Shown: in pieces, positions 10,580-19,428 of the stretch | Numbering within the stretch: position 1 is the stretch's first letter | How the letters are laid out: the number at the start of each line of letters is the position of its first letter | From: an uncultured Halanaerobiaceae bacterium | GTDB lineage: Bacteria > Bacillota > Halanaerobiia > Halanaerobiales > Halarsenatibacteraceae | Direction: 5' to 3' | Assembly (NCBI GenBank): GCA_964462585.1 | Contig: CAYXAK010000001.1 | Coordinates: 1,647 to 65,646, forward strand | Length of the DNA stretch: 64,000 nt | Program-made: the position numbers and the translations under genes | Notes under the pieces: model-generated | Seen by the model: the letters and a program-made list of their open reading frames with translations, nothing else | Databases searched by the model: none | What the model was told of the DNA's origin: nothing

Positions 10580-13500
10580 TTGTCAAACTCTTTTGAGATG
10601 TCAGGTCCACACATTAGACAGCTCGATTCTATAGAAAAAACGATGTGGAATGTGGTCCTGGCATTAATTCCAGCTATATTTATGGCTGTGTATCTATTTG
10701 GCACTTATGCACTATATCTCGTTGCTGCCACCATGATCACCTGTATGCTGGTAGAGATTCCTTTCAATAAAGATTTGAGCGGTCGACAGAGATTTTTGGG
10801 GGATGGAAGTGCTGCAGTTACAGGTGTTATACTGGGACTTTCGCTTCCTCCCATAGCACCCTGGTGGGTGCCGATAGTTGGTGGAGCAGCTGCTATTCTC
10901 GTGGGCAAACAGCTATTTGGCGGTCTGGGGAATAATATCTTCAATCCCGCCCTGGTGGGAAGAGCAATACTTTCTATCTCCTGGACTGTTTACATGACAC
11001 AGTGGGTTACCCCTTTTGACGGTGTCAGCACCAGCACCCCTCTGGCCACACCCGGAGCTGATACTCCTCTCTGGGATCTATTTGTCGGTACAGTTCCCGG
11101 CAGCATAGGTGAAACATCTGCTCTGGCGTTATTGATAGGGGCAGCATATCTATATTATAAAGGCTATCTTGACCTGAGAATTTCTATACCCTATGTGGTC
11201 GCTGCCGCAGTGACTGCCTTTGTTCTTGGAATTAATCCTATATATTCTATACTGGCCGGTTCACTCATAATTGGTGCTTTCTTCATTGCCACTGATATGG
11301 TTTCATCTCCGGCCACGAGAAGCGGCAGGATCGTTTATGGAATTGGCTGTGGAGTTTTGACCATAGCTATCCGTTCCTTTACCGGGTTTCCGGAAGGTGT
11401 CACATTTGCCATACTGCTGATGAACGGTTTTTCTCATCTTTTTGATACACTTTTTGAGGGATATATATTTGGCCAGATCCATATGAAGAAGCGAAGAATT
11501 ATGCAGGTAGGTGTGGTTCTGCTCTCCACACTCATCTTTGCCGCTGTCGCTTTCGGAGGATTTCAGTTGACTGAAAGAGAATTCCTCCAGCCCCAGCATC
11601 GTGTGTTTAATCAGCACATGCATGAGTTTTTCCCCCATGCTGATGGATTTAACATGCTGGAAGAACTGCATCGTGATAGAATGCTCGCCGAGGTGAGACA
11701 GGGGGACCGCAGAGTTGGTTTTCTGGCCTATACCCATAGAATCGGTTATGATGGCAAGATAGAGAATATGGTTGCCATAAATCCTGATGGTGAAGTTATC
11801 GGCAGCAAAATAATAGATCACAATGAAAGCGCGACACTGGGAGCTCAGATCGAAAGGGAGGATTTCCTGGCCCAGTTTGTCGGCCTGAGATACGAGGATA
11901 TGAATCCTTCCTTTGGAGCAGGGGATTTTAATCTGGATACAATTACAAATGCCACGCTCTCTTCTATAGCCGTAGCTCAGACTGTTGAAACTTCACTTGA
12001 GCTTGTCAACAGACAGCTTCACGGCAACCGCTTTGATTACTTTAATCTGCCCACCGGAAGATATCGAGGGTCCGGTACGGGCTGGGGCGGCGAGATGGAA
12101 GCAGAGGTGGTCGTTGAAGATGGATTTTTGATGGATATAAGAGTTTTGAAACATAATGAGACTCCTCACAAGGCCAGAAGCGCCTTTGAAAGGCTGAAAT
12201 CCAAGATCATCAGCGCTCAGAGCACTGATGTAGATGTGATATCAGGATCTACACTGAGCAGCAACGGTCTGCTGGAAGCCATTGATGATGCTCTTGCTTC
12301 CAGAAGGCTGGAAATTATGGAGACCGATTTCTCACAGCTTGAAGATGGCCGATATACGGGAACAGCTCCCGGATATATAGGAGATATTGAAGTCGAAATT
12401 GAAATTCTCGACGGTGAGATTGTAGATATCGATGTGCTCCGTCACCGGGAGACCACCTATCTTGCTGAGCCCGCTCTGGAAAGATTGAAAAACCGGGTTA
12501 TCTCAGAACAGAGCGTTGATGTTGAAATGGTATCTGGCGCTACACTGACCAGCCGGGGTTTTCTGGCAGCTGTTTCTGATGCCGGTACTGTAGAAGAACC
12601 ATTTGCAGTTCCTGATGAAGATGGAACCTATACAGGTACAGCTGAGGGCTATCAGGGTGATATTGTACTCGATGTGGTCGTAGAAAATGGCGAAATCGTT
12701 GATATAATTGTAATTGATCATGCTGAGACAGATGATATTGCTGAACCGGCTTTCGAAGATCTGAAAGAACGCGTGCTGGAACAGCAATCTATTGATGTTG
12801 ATATAGTAACAGGTGCTACCTTCTCCAGTGAAGGCTATCTGCAGGCGATTGAAAATGCTTTTGCAGAGGTGACACCAGAATATGAAGATGGCGTCTATAC
12901 TGCCACTGGCCAGGGATATCAGAGTGATATCGAAATCGAAGTTACCATAAGTGAAGGTGAGATATCCTCAATAGAAGTTCTCTCACATGGGGAAACAGCT
13001 GAAATTGCCGATCCAGCTTTCGAGGATCTGGAAGAAGCCGTAATTGAAGCTCAAAGTGCTGATGTTGATACCGTAAGCGGTGCGACCGGCACAAGTGAAG
13101 GCTATCTGGAAGCACTGGCCCAGATACTGGATGAAGCCAGTCCTGATGAACCCGATGAAATAGAAGAAGTTGAAGAAGAACTGCAGGATGGAGAATATAT
13201 CGGTACAGGAGAAGGATACAATGATGATATAGAGGTCGAGATAACGGTTGAAGATGGAGAAATTGTAGCTGTGGAGGTGCTCAGTCACGCCGAAACCGAA
13301 GATATAGCAGAGCCTGCCTTTGAAGACCTGGAGCAGGCCGTGATAGACTCCCAGAGCACAGATGTTGATACAGTATCCGGTGCCACAGGTTCAAGTGAGG
13401 GCTATCTGGCAGCAGTGGATGAAGCACTGGACAAAGCGGGAGATGTTCCCGAAGATCCTGAAGAGCCGGAGGAAACTGAATTAATCTATGAAGATGGAAC

Positions 13501-16141
13501 CTATGTCGGCCTCGGTGAAGGATATAACGATGATATTGAGATTGAACTGACCGTCGAGGAAGGTGGAATCACAGCAATAGAGGTGCTCAGTCACGAAGAG
13601 ACCGAAGATATAGCCGAACCTGCTTTTGAAGATCTGGAGCAGGCTGTGATAGATTCCCAGAGCACAGATGTTGATACAGTATCCGGTGCCACAGGTTCCA
13701 GCGAAGGCTATCTGGCTGCAGTAGATGAAGCACTGGCCGCAGCCGAAACTACTGAAGATATTGAAGAGGAGTTTCCTGAAATTCCAGAACCTGAAATCGA
13801 ACTTGCTGATGGTAGATTTTCAGGTGAAGCAGCTGGATATAATGAAGAAATAGTAGTTGAGGTTGTTATTGAAAATGGTCTGATTGTGGGCATTGATGTA
13901 ATAGAACATGATGAAACCCCTGATATTGCCGAACCTGCCTTTGAAGAGATGAAAGATCGGGTTGTTGCTGCTCAGAACACCGAAGTTGACACAGTTACAG
14001 AAGCTACTGGTTCCAGTCAGGGTTTTTTACGGGCAGTGAATGTGGCTATAACCAGCTCAAATGAACAGGCTGAAAAAGAGCCAGCAGCAATTTACGAATC
14101 TGGAACTTACACGGCCTCTGCAGAAGGTTACAATGATATGATTGAGGTAGAGATTACTGTGGATGAACAGGAAATTACCTCAATAGAAGTCCTAAGCCAT
14201 GAGGATACTGAAGATATAGCCGAGCCTGCCTTCGAGGACCTGGAGCAGTCTGTGATAGATTCTCAGAGTACAGATGTAGATACGATATCCGGTGCCACAG
14301 GTTCCAGTGAGGGTTATCTGGCCGCTGTGGAGGCTGCTTTAAAGGAAGCTAAAATTGATGAAGATGTCGATGATGAGCCTGAAGCAGAAACCTTCACAGG
14401 CACTGGTGAAGGCTATAATGATGATATTGAGGTGCAGATTTCAGTCGAAGACGGAGATATCGTCGGGATAGAAGTCCTCAGCCATGGCGATACTGAAGAT
14501 ATAGCCGAGCCTGCCTTCGAGGACCTGGAGCAGGCTGTGATTGAAGCTCAGAGTACAGATGTTGACACAGTCTCAGGCGCTACGGCCTCAAGTGAGGGTT
14601 ATCTGGCCGCTGTGGAAGCTGCCATGGAAACAGCCGGCCTCATTGAAGAAGAACCCGAAGAAGAGCCAGCAGCAATTTACAAACCTGGAACTTACACAGC
14701 CTCTGCAGAAGGTTACAATGATATGATCAAGGTAGAGATTACTGTGGATGGACAGGAAATTACCGCAATAGAAGTATTAAGCCATGAGGAGACAGATAAT
14801 ATAGCAGAATCTGCCTTCGAGGATCTGGAGCAGGCTGTGATAGATTCTCAGAGCATCGATGTAGATACGATATCCGGTGCCACAGGTACCAGTGAGGGTT
14901 ATCTGGCCGCTGTGGAGGTTGCTTTAGAGGAAGCTAAAATTGATGAAGATATAAATGATGAGCTCGAAGAACCTTTAGAGGAGCCTGAAGCAGAAACCTT
15001 CACAGGTACTGGTGAAGGCTATAGAGGTGAAATTGAGATCGAAATAACTTTTGCAGATGATGAGATCACAGCAATAGAGGTTTTAAGCCACGAGGATTCA
15101 GAGGACATAGCTGAACCAGCCTTTTCAGACCTGGAAGAAGCAATAATAGAAATCCAGAGCACAGACGTCGATACAATTTCGGGAGCTACCGGATCATCTC
15201 AGGGATATCTTGAAGCAGCAAGAGATGCAATTGAGAAAGCCGGTCTGGAAGAGAAATTTATTTCAGCACCTGAAGATGAAGATGAAATTGAATTATTTGA
15301 TGGCAAATACAGAGGTGTTGGCGAGGGTTACAGTGGTGATGTAGAGGTAGAAATTACGGTGGAAGATAGCACCATAACCTCTATAGAGGTTTTGGATCAT
15401 GAAGATTCTGAAGATATAGCGGAACCTGCTTTTCAGGATCTAAAACAGGCTGTACTAGAAGTTCAAAACAGTAATGTAGATACTGTTTCCGGTGCTACCG
15501 GTTCCAGTGAGGGTTATCTTGAGGCCGTGGAAGAGGCAGTGGAAAAAGCTGGACAGCATCGGGATGAATCTGATGTTTATCTGGAGGATGGTTTATTTAC
15601 AGGTACAGGCCAGGGATATAGCGGTGCTATAGAGCTGGAGTTAACTGTTGAAGCCAGTGAGATCAGAGCAATAAAAGTTCTCAGCCATGAAGATTCAGAG
15701 GATATAGCTGAACCTGCTTTTGCAGACCTGGAGCAGGCTATTATTGAAGCCCAGAGATCGAATGTTGAAGCTGTGTCTGGAGCCACAGGTTCTTCACGGG
15801 GATATCTGGAAGCTGTATATGAAGCTTTATCGAAATCTGAAGTGGAAATACCTGAAGAAGAACCGGAGGTAAGTTTGGTTGACGGAACATTTGCCGGCGT
15901 AGGTGAAGGATACAGCGATGATATTGAAATAGAGCTGGTAATAACAGAAGGCAAAATCTCCTCAATAGAAGTTTTGAAACACGAAGATTCTCCCGATATA
16001 GCTGAACCTGCTTTTGAAGATTTAACAGAAAATATTATCCGTCATCAATCTTCAGATGTGGATGTTATTACAGGTGCAACAGGTTCCAGCCAGGGATTTT
16101 TGGCAGCAGTACAAAATGCTATAGAGAAAGCTGAAAACTAA
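10580..16141 (+). CDS. RnfD-RnfG fusion extended by 14 tandem extracytoplasmic FMN-binding domains (15 FMN-binding domains in total)
   Basis: Residues 1-~300 are RnfD (KQLFGGLGNNIFNPALVGR, DGVSTSTPL, GSIGETS, GAFFIATD, EGVTFAILLMN). Then a TM helix and RnfG-type domain (GYDGKI...HNESATLGA...DTITNATLSS). Then 14 repeats of G.Y.G.G.GY...I.V.....G.I..I.VL.H.ET..IAEPAF..L...V...QS.DVD.VSGAT.SS.GYL.A. Confidence 0.92.
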   Translation: MSNSFEMSGPHIRQLDSIEKTMWNVVLALIPAIFMAVYLFGTYALYLVAATMITCMLVEIPFNKDLSGRQRFLGDGSAAVTGVILGLSLPPIAPWWVPIVGGAAAILVGKQLFGGLGNNIFNPALVGRAILSISWTVYMTQWVTPFDGVSTSTPLATPGADTPLWDLFVGTVPGSIGETSALALLIGAAYLYYKGYLDLRISIPYVVAAAVTAFVLGINPIYSILAGSLIIGAFFIATDMVSSPATRSGRIVYGIGCGVLTIAIRSFTGFPEGVTFAILLMNGFSHLFDTLFEGYIFGQIHMKKRRIMQVGVVLLSTLIFAAVAFGGFQLTEREFLQPQHRVFNQHMHEFFPHADGFNMLEELHRDRMLAEVRQGDRRVGFLAYTHRIGYDGKIENMVAINPDGEVIGSKIIDHNESATLGAQIEREDFLAQFVGLRYEDMNPSFGAGDFNLDTITNATLSSIAVAQTVETSLELVNRQLHGNRFDYFNLPTGRYRGSGTGWGGEMEAEVVVEDGFLMDIRVLKHNETPHKARSAFERLKSKIISAQSTDVDVISGSTLSSNGLLEAIDDALASRRLEIMETDFSQLEDGRYTGTAPGYIGDIEVEIEILDGEIVDIDVLRHRETTYLAEPALERLKNRVISEQSVDVEMVSGATLTSRGFLAAVSDAGTVEEPFAVPDEDGTYTGTAEGYQGDIVLDVVVENGEIVDIIVIDHAETDDIAEPAFEDLKERVLEQQSIDVDIVTGATFSSEGYLQAIENAFAEVTPEYEDGVYTATGQGYQSDIEIEVTISEGEISSIEVLSHGETAEIADPAFEDLEEAVIEAQSADVDTVSGATGTSEGYLEALAQILDEASPDEPDEIEEVEEELQDGEYIGTGEGYNDDIEVEITVEDGEIVAVEVLSHAETEDIAEPAFEDLEQAVIDSQSTDVDTVSGATGSSEGYLAAVDEALDKAGDVPEDPEEPEETELIYEDGTYVGLGEGYNDDIEIELTVEEGGITAIEVLSHEETEDIAEPAFEDLEQAVIDSQSTDVDTVSGATGSSEGYLAAVDEALAAAETTEDIEEEFPEIPEPEIELADGRFSGEAAGYNEEIVVEVVIENGLIVGIDVIEHDETPDIAEPAFEEMKDRVVAAQNTEVDTVTEATGSSQGFLRAVNVAITSSNEQAEKEPAAIYESGTYTASAEGYNDMIEVEITVDEQEITSIEVLSHEDTEDIAEPAFEDLEQSVIDSQSTDVDTISGATGSSEGYLAAVEAALKEAKIDEDVDDEPEAETFTGTGEGYNDDIEVQISVEDGDIVGIEVLSHGDTEDIAEPAFEDLEQAVIEAQSTDVDTVSGATASSEGYLAAVEAAMETAGLIEEEPEEEPAAIYKPGTYTASAEGYNDMIKVEITVDGQEITAIEVLSHEETDNIAESAFEDLEQAVIDSQSIDVDTISGATGTSEGYLAAVEVALEEAKIDEDINDELEEPLEEPEAETFTGTGEGYRGEIEIEITFADDEITAIEVLSHEDSEDIAEPAFSDLEEAIIEIQSTDVDTISGATGSSQGYLEAARDAIEKAGLEEKFISAPEDEDEIELFDGKYRGVGEGYSGDVEVEITVEDSTITSIEVLDHEDSEDIAEPAFQDLKQAVLEVQNSNVDTVSGATGSSEGYLEAVEEAVEKAGQHRDESDVYLEDGLFTGTGQGYSGAIELELTVEASEIRAIKVLSHEDSEDIAEPAFADLEQAIIEAQRSNVEAVSGATGSSRGYLEAVYEALSKSEVEIPEEEPEVSLVDGTFAGVGEGYSDDIEIELVITEGKISSIEVLKHEDSPDIAEPAFEDLTENIIRHQSSDVDVITGATGSSQGFLAAVQNAIEKAEN
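12050..16138 (+). repeat. Intragenic tandem array of 14 FMN-binding domain repeats (about 250-320 nt each)
   Basis: Recurrent nucleotide motifs such as GAACCTGC(C/T)TT(T/C)GAAGA and TCCGGTGCCACAGGT; near-identical blocks begin at 14078 and 14663. Confidence 0.9.
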
Positions 16142-16170
16142 CAGGTTATGAGAGAGGGTGATGAAAAAAC

Positions 16171-16764
16171 ATGGAAAAATTCAATAACATGTTCGAACAG
16201 GTAGTCCTGCTGGGAATTATCCCTATACTGGGAGGCAGCAGAAATCTAACCACAGCTGTTATTACAACTGTAATACTGGTTTTAACTGCCATTATCTTAA
16301 GATTGGTATCCAGACTTTTAAATCAGGATAGTCTGGCAGGAGCGCACTGGGTTTTATTCCTGGCAGTAGGAATATCTCTATCATATGTTGCATATCTTTT
16401 TTCCGCTTTTCTGTATCCTCAGGTCTATCAGCATTCGGGTATATATTTGCTTTTGATAGGAGTTTCTCCCCTGACCTATTATGGCTGTAAGCTAAATGTT
16501 TCTTTTTCTGATCTCTGGAAGAGATTTAATATCTTCTTTTTGACGATTATTGTTGTGAGTTTTTTCAGGGAACTCATCGGCTTTGGTTCAATACTGGGCA
16601 GGTCATTTTTTGAAGTTGGTTTTGCGCCGCTCAGTTCTTTTCAGGGGGCACCTGGAGCTTTTATAATCCTGGGCACCATCTGGTTGATTTTTCGCTGGAT
16701 AATATCTGCCAATTTGCTGGATGAAGGCATGCTAAAGATAGAGGAGGGGACTGAAATTGAGTGA
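16171..16764 (+). CDS. Divergent RnfE-like membrane subunit lacking the conserved Fe-S cysteines
   Basis: Operon position, several TM helices, FRELIGFGSILG and APGAFIILG motifs; LGIIP replaces LGxCP and IGVSP replaces IVVNC. Confidence 0.8.
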   Translation: MEKFNNMFEQVVLLGIIPILGGSRNLTTAVITTVILVLTAIILRLVSRLLNQDSLAGAHWVLFLAVGISLSYVAYLFSAFLYPQVYQHSGIYLLLIGVSPLTYYGCKLNVSFSDLWKRFNIFFLTIIVVSFFRELIGFGSILGRSFFEVGFAPLSSFQGAPGAFIILGTIWLIFRWIISANLLDEGMLKIEEGTEIE

Positions 16765-17311
16765 ATTAATGGGTATCTTCCTGGAAAATATCGCATCACA
16801 GAATATGGTTTTGATTTATTTTCTCGGAGTGCTTATATCTATCGCCGAGACCGGAGGTGTGAGAACATCACTTCTTAAAGGAGTTAAATATTCCCTGGGC
16901 TTATTCTTTGCTGTAATAATAGGTGTAATTGTGGCCGATTCCCTTCCTCTGGCTCTGGAATTCATACATCCCTGGATTTTTCTTCTGACAGCCCTGGGAG
17001 CAGTTTTTATCTTTCAACTCATGGGGGATCTAAAGGGCGATTTTTATGGAATACCCAGACTTTTTCTGCCCCTGATACCTATTGTGGGCCTGCAATATCT
17101 GCTGGTGGATAGAGGACTCAGTTTTGATGTGATGGTAATTTCTGCTCTGGCCAATTCTATAGGGTTTTATATGGGCTTTATCCTTATAGGGACCATAAAG
17201 GAACAGATAATGATCTCGGAAACTGATGATATATATAAATTTGCCCCGGCACTCTTAATCAGCCTGGGTGTTTTGAGCATGGCAGTTAAGGGGTTTGCCT
17301 TTCTGTACTGA
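16757..17311 (+). CDS. Divergent RnfA-like membrane subunit with no cysteines
   Basis: Overlaps the rnfE-like stop; NMVLIYFLG, FLPLI, IGFYMGFILIGTIKEQI, APALLISLGVLSMAVKGF resemble RnfA; the translation contains no Cys. Confidence 0.78.
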   Translation: MSELMGIFLENIASQNMVLIYFLGVLISIAETGGVRTSLLKGVKYSLGLFFAVIIGVIVADSLPLALEFIHPWIFLLTALGAVFIFQLMGDLKGDFYGIPRLFLPLIPIVGLQYLLVDRGLSFDVMVISALANSIGFYMGFILIGTIKEQIMISETDDIYKFAPALLISLGVLSMAVKGFAFLY

Positions 17312-17391
17312 TCATTTAAACGATTTAGATCAATGGAGGGGTCGGATAATTCTCAGACTTTGGTCACGAATAAAAAGGAATCTGATGTTTT

Positions 17392-17420
17392 TTGTAGAAG
17401 ATAAATTAATGTGATATAGT
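17392..17420 (+). promoter_or_regulatory. Putative SigA-type promoter of the exbB-exbD-tonB operon
   Basis: TTGTAG(17392-17397)-17 nt-TATAGT(17415-17420) with TG extended -10. Confidence 0.55.
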
Positions 17421-17470
17421 AAGAAGAAAGTGCAGGTTTTATAAAGCTTAAGGAAGAGGAGTGGTGAAGT

Positions 17471-18121
17471 TTGCAGCAAATCTGGAATATTATTTCACTT
17501 GGCGGTCCTACGGCAATTCCACTGTTGATTGCATCTATTTTCAGTCTGGCGGTAATTATTGAGAAAACGATATTCTTTGCCCGCAACAAGCAGAATAATC
17601 GAAATCTGATCAAGAAGGTTGAAATGGTGCTGGATGAAGACGACACTATGTCGGCCTACAGTCAATTAAAGGGTGAAAAAGGTCCAAATGTAAAGCTCCT
17701 GTCTACGGCTCTTTCAAATCTGGATGAAGACCCGGAGAGGATTAGAGAAGCACTTCAGGTCACAGGGAAAAATGAAATCAGGAAGATGGAAAAACATCTG
17801 CAAATTCTGGATGTTATTGCCATGATTGCTCCACTGCTCGGTCTTTTAGGAACAGTGCTGGGAATTATTAGCAGCTTCAATATCCTGGGAGCAACTGCCG
17901 GTGTTGGAGATCCCACTCAGATAAGTGCTGGTATTGCAGCAGCTTTGATAAGCACTGCTATTGGCCTTATCATAGCTATTCCCACAGCTATATTTTATTC
18001 CTATTTTTCCAATATAGTGGAGAGAAGAGCGCATCAGTTAAACGAGAGTATCGTGGAGATTATGGATATTGTTAATGGCAGAGGTGAAGAGTATGAAGAA
18101 AATGTTAAACACATCTCTTGA
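17471..18121 (+). CDS. exbB: MotA/TolQ/ExbB proton channel protein
   Basis: APLLGLLGTVLGII, ISAGIAAALISTAIGLIIAIP. Confidence 0.9.
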   Translation: MQQIWNIISLGGPTAIPLLIASIFSLAVIIEKTIFFARNKQNNRNLIKKVEMVLDEDDTMSAYSQLKGEKGPNVKLLSTALSNLDEDPERIREALQVTGKNEIRKMEKHLQILDVIAMIAPLLGLLGTVLGIISSFNILGATAGVGDPTQISAGIAAALISTAIGLIIAIPTAIFYSYFSNIVERRAHQLNESIVEIMDIVNGRGEEYEENVKHIS

Positions 18122-18503
18122 CAAAAAGAGCAAGATTAACATACTGCCACTTGTCGATGTTATCTTTTTCCTGCTCGTATTTTTTATGCTATTCACCTCT
18201 TTTCGTGCTGCTCCTGAAGGCCTGGATTTACAGCTTCCTGCTGCAGAGACGGCTACTGAACAGCAGGAAGAGAATGTTGTGATCAATATAGATGAGAATG
18301 GGGAATATTCTATGGATGGGGATATACTTTCACTGGATGAGATCAGAGTTGAGGTGCGGAATATCGATCAGGAGCAGGAAAATCTCGTGGTAATTATCAA
18401 TGCTGATCAGAATGCTCGCTATCAGCATGTTGTTCAGGTCATGGACGGTTTACGACAGGAGGGAATCTATAACTTAGCTTTAGCAGCTGAGAGAGAATCT
18501 TAA
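18093..18503 (+). CDS. exbD: ExbD/TolR family protein
   Basis: INILPLVDVIFFLLVFFM (conserved Asp), VIINADQNARYQHVVQVMD. Confidence 0.92.
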   Translation: MKKMLNTSLDKKSKINILPLVDVIFFLLVFFMLFTSFRAAPEGLDLQLPAAETATEQQEENVVINIDENGEYSMDGDILSLDEIRVEVRNIDQEQENLVVIINADQNARYQHVVQVMDGLRQEGIYNLALAAERES

Positions 18504-18518
18504 TGCGGAGAGATTGGC

Positions 18519-19406
18519 ATGAATAATAATCAAAAGGATAGATTAATATTTTATATCATAGTCTCCTTGGTTATACACCTGGGTTTATTTTATTTTGTGC
18601 CCTGGGGAGGTTTTGCCACTGGATTAAATCCAGAAGGGAGAACTATGGCTGATTTTGAGTTCATTCAGGTCGTGGATTTTGAGGAACTGCCTGAGGAAGG
18701 TATAGAAGTCGAGGAGGAGACCGTAGAACACGAGCCTGCAGAACCCGAAGAAGAGGAGATAGTTGAGGATACAGAGCCTGATCCTGAACCCGAGCCTGAA
18801 ACTGAAGTTGATGAACCAGAACCTGAACCGGAAGAAGAAGTTGTAGAGGAAGTAGAGGAAGAAGAAATAGAAGAGGAAGTGGATGAAGAGCCTGAAACTG
18901 AGGAAGAAGTTATAACAGCGGAAGAATCTGAATCTGAAATAGAAGCTCCTGAAGAGATTGAAGAGGAAGAAGCGGAAGAAACTTCACCGGAAGAAGAAAG
19001 GGAGGCTGCAAGAGCTGAAGAAGAAGCCGAAGAGATAGAGGAGGCTGAGGATGAAGCTCAGGCTGCTGCTGGTGACGAAGCAGAGGAAGCCCCTCCTTCT
19101 GCCGGAGAGATGGTTTTGAGTTCACAGCTTCCTGTTTACCCTAAATATTCAGTTGGTCCAGAAGAGACGGGAGAAGTTGTAATATCTGCCCGTGTAGATG
19201 TAAATGGCGAGATCATGGAAGTGAATGTTATTGATAGTTCCGGTGTAGAAGCCATGGACAGAAATGCACAGAATACGATTGAACATGGCTGGGATTTCAA
19301 TTCCTATTCAAGCCCCTATACAATGGAGATTATGGTCAGTTATAATCTCGATGAGAGGGGAGATCCTGTGATCGATTATGAACTGATACAGCTTGTACTT
19401 GATTAA
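18519..19406 (+). CDS. TonB/TolA-like energy transducer with a long Glu/Pro-rich linker
   Basis: TM anchor with SxxxH (SLVIH), about 140-aa E/P-rich linker, TonB C-terminal-like domain PVYP...GEV...VDVNG...SSG..AMDRNA...WDF. Confidence 0.82.
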   Translation: MNNNQKDRLIFYIIVSLVIHLGLFYFVPWGGFATGLNPEGRTMADFEFIQVVDFEELPEEGIEVEEETVEHEPAEPEEEEIVEDTEPDPEPEPETEVDEPEPEPEEEVVEEVEEEEIEEEVDEEPETEEEVITAEESESEIEAPEEIEEEEAEETSPEEEREAARAEEEAEEIEEAEDEAQAAAGDEAEEAPPSAGEMVLSSQLPVYPKYSVGPEETGEVVISARVDVNGEIMEVNVIDSSGVEAMDRNAQNTIEHGWDFNSYSSPYTMEIMVSYNLDERGDPVIDYELIQLVLD

Positions 19407-19428
19407 TTTTGAAAGAGGTGGTCGGTTA

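Noticed and set aside
10090..10704. Long antisense and alternative-frame ORFs from the track (e.g. 10090-10704, 9127-9642, 61267-61902, 56424-56936)
   Set aside because: They overlap well-supported genes and lack family motifs or RBSs; treated as shadow ORFs
12050..16138. Repeated nucleotide motifs as a CRISPR array or non-coding repeat
   Set aside because: The units are about 250-320 nt, in frame and vary mostly at synonymous positions; they encode protein domains, and no cas genes are present
17312..17470. A small or decayed rnfB after the rnfA-like gene
   Set aside because: The 159-nt gap shows no Cys-rich ferredoxin-like coding remnant and holds the predicted exbB promoter and RBS
18680..19100. 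GAA/GAG-rich low-complexity tract as a simple sequence repeat
   Set aside because: Explained by the Glu/Pro-rich TonB linker
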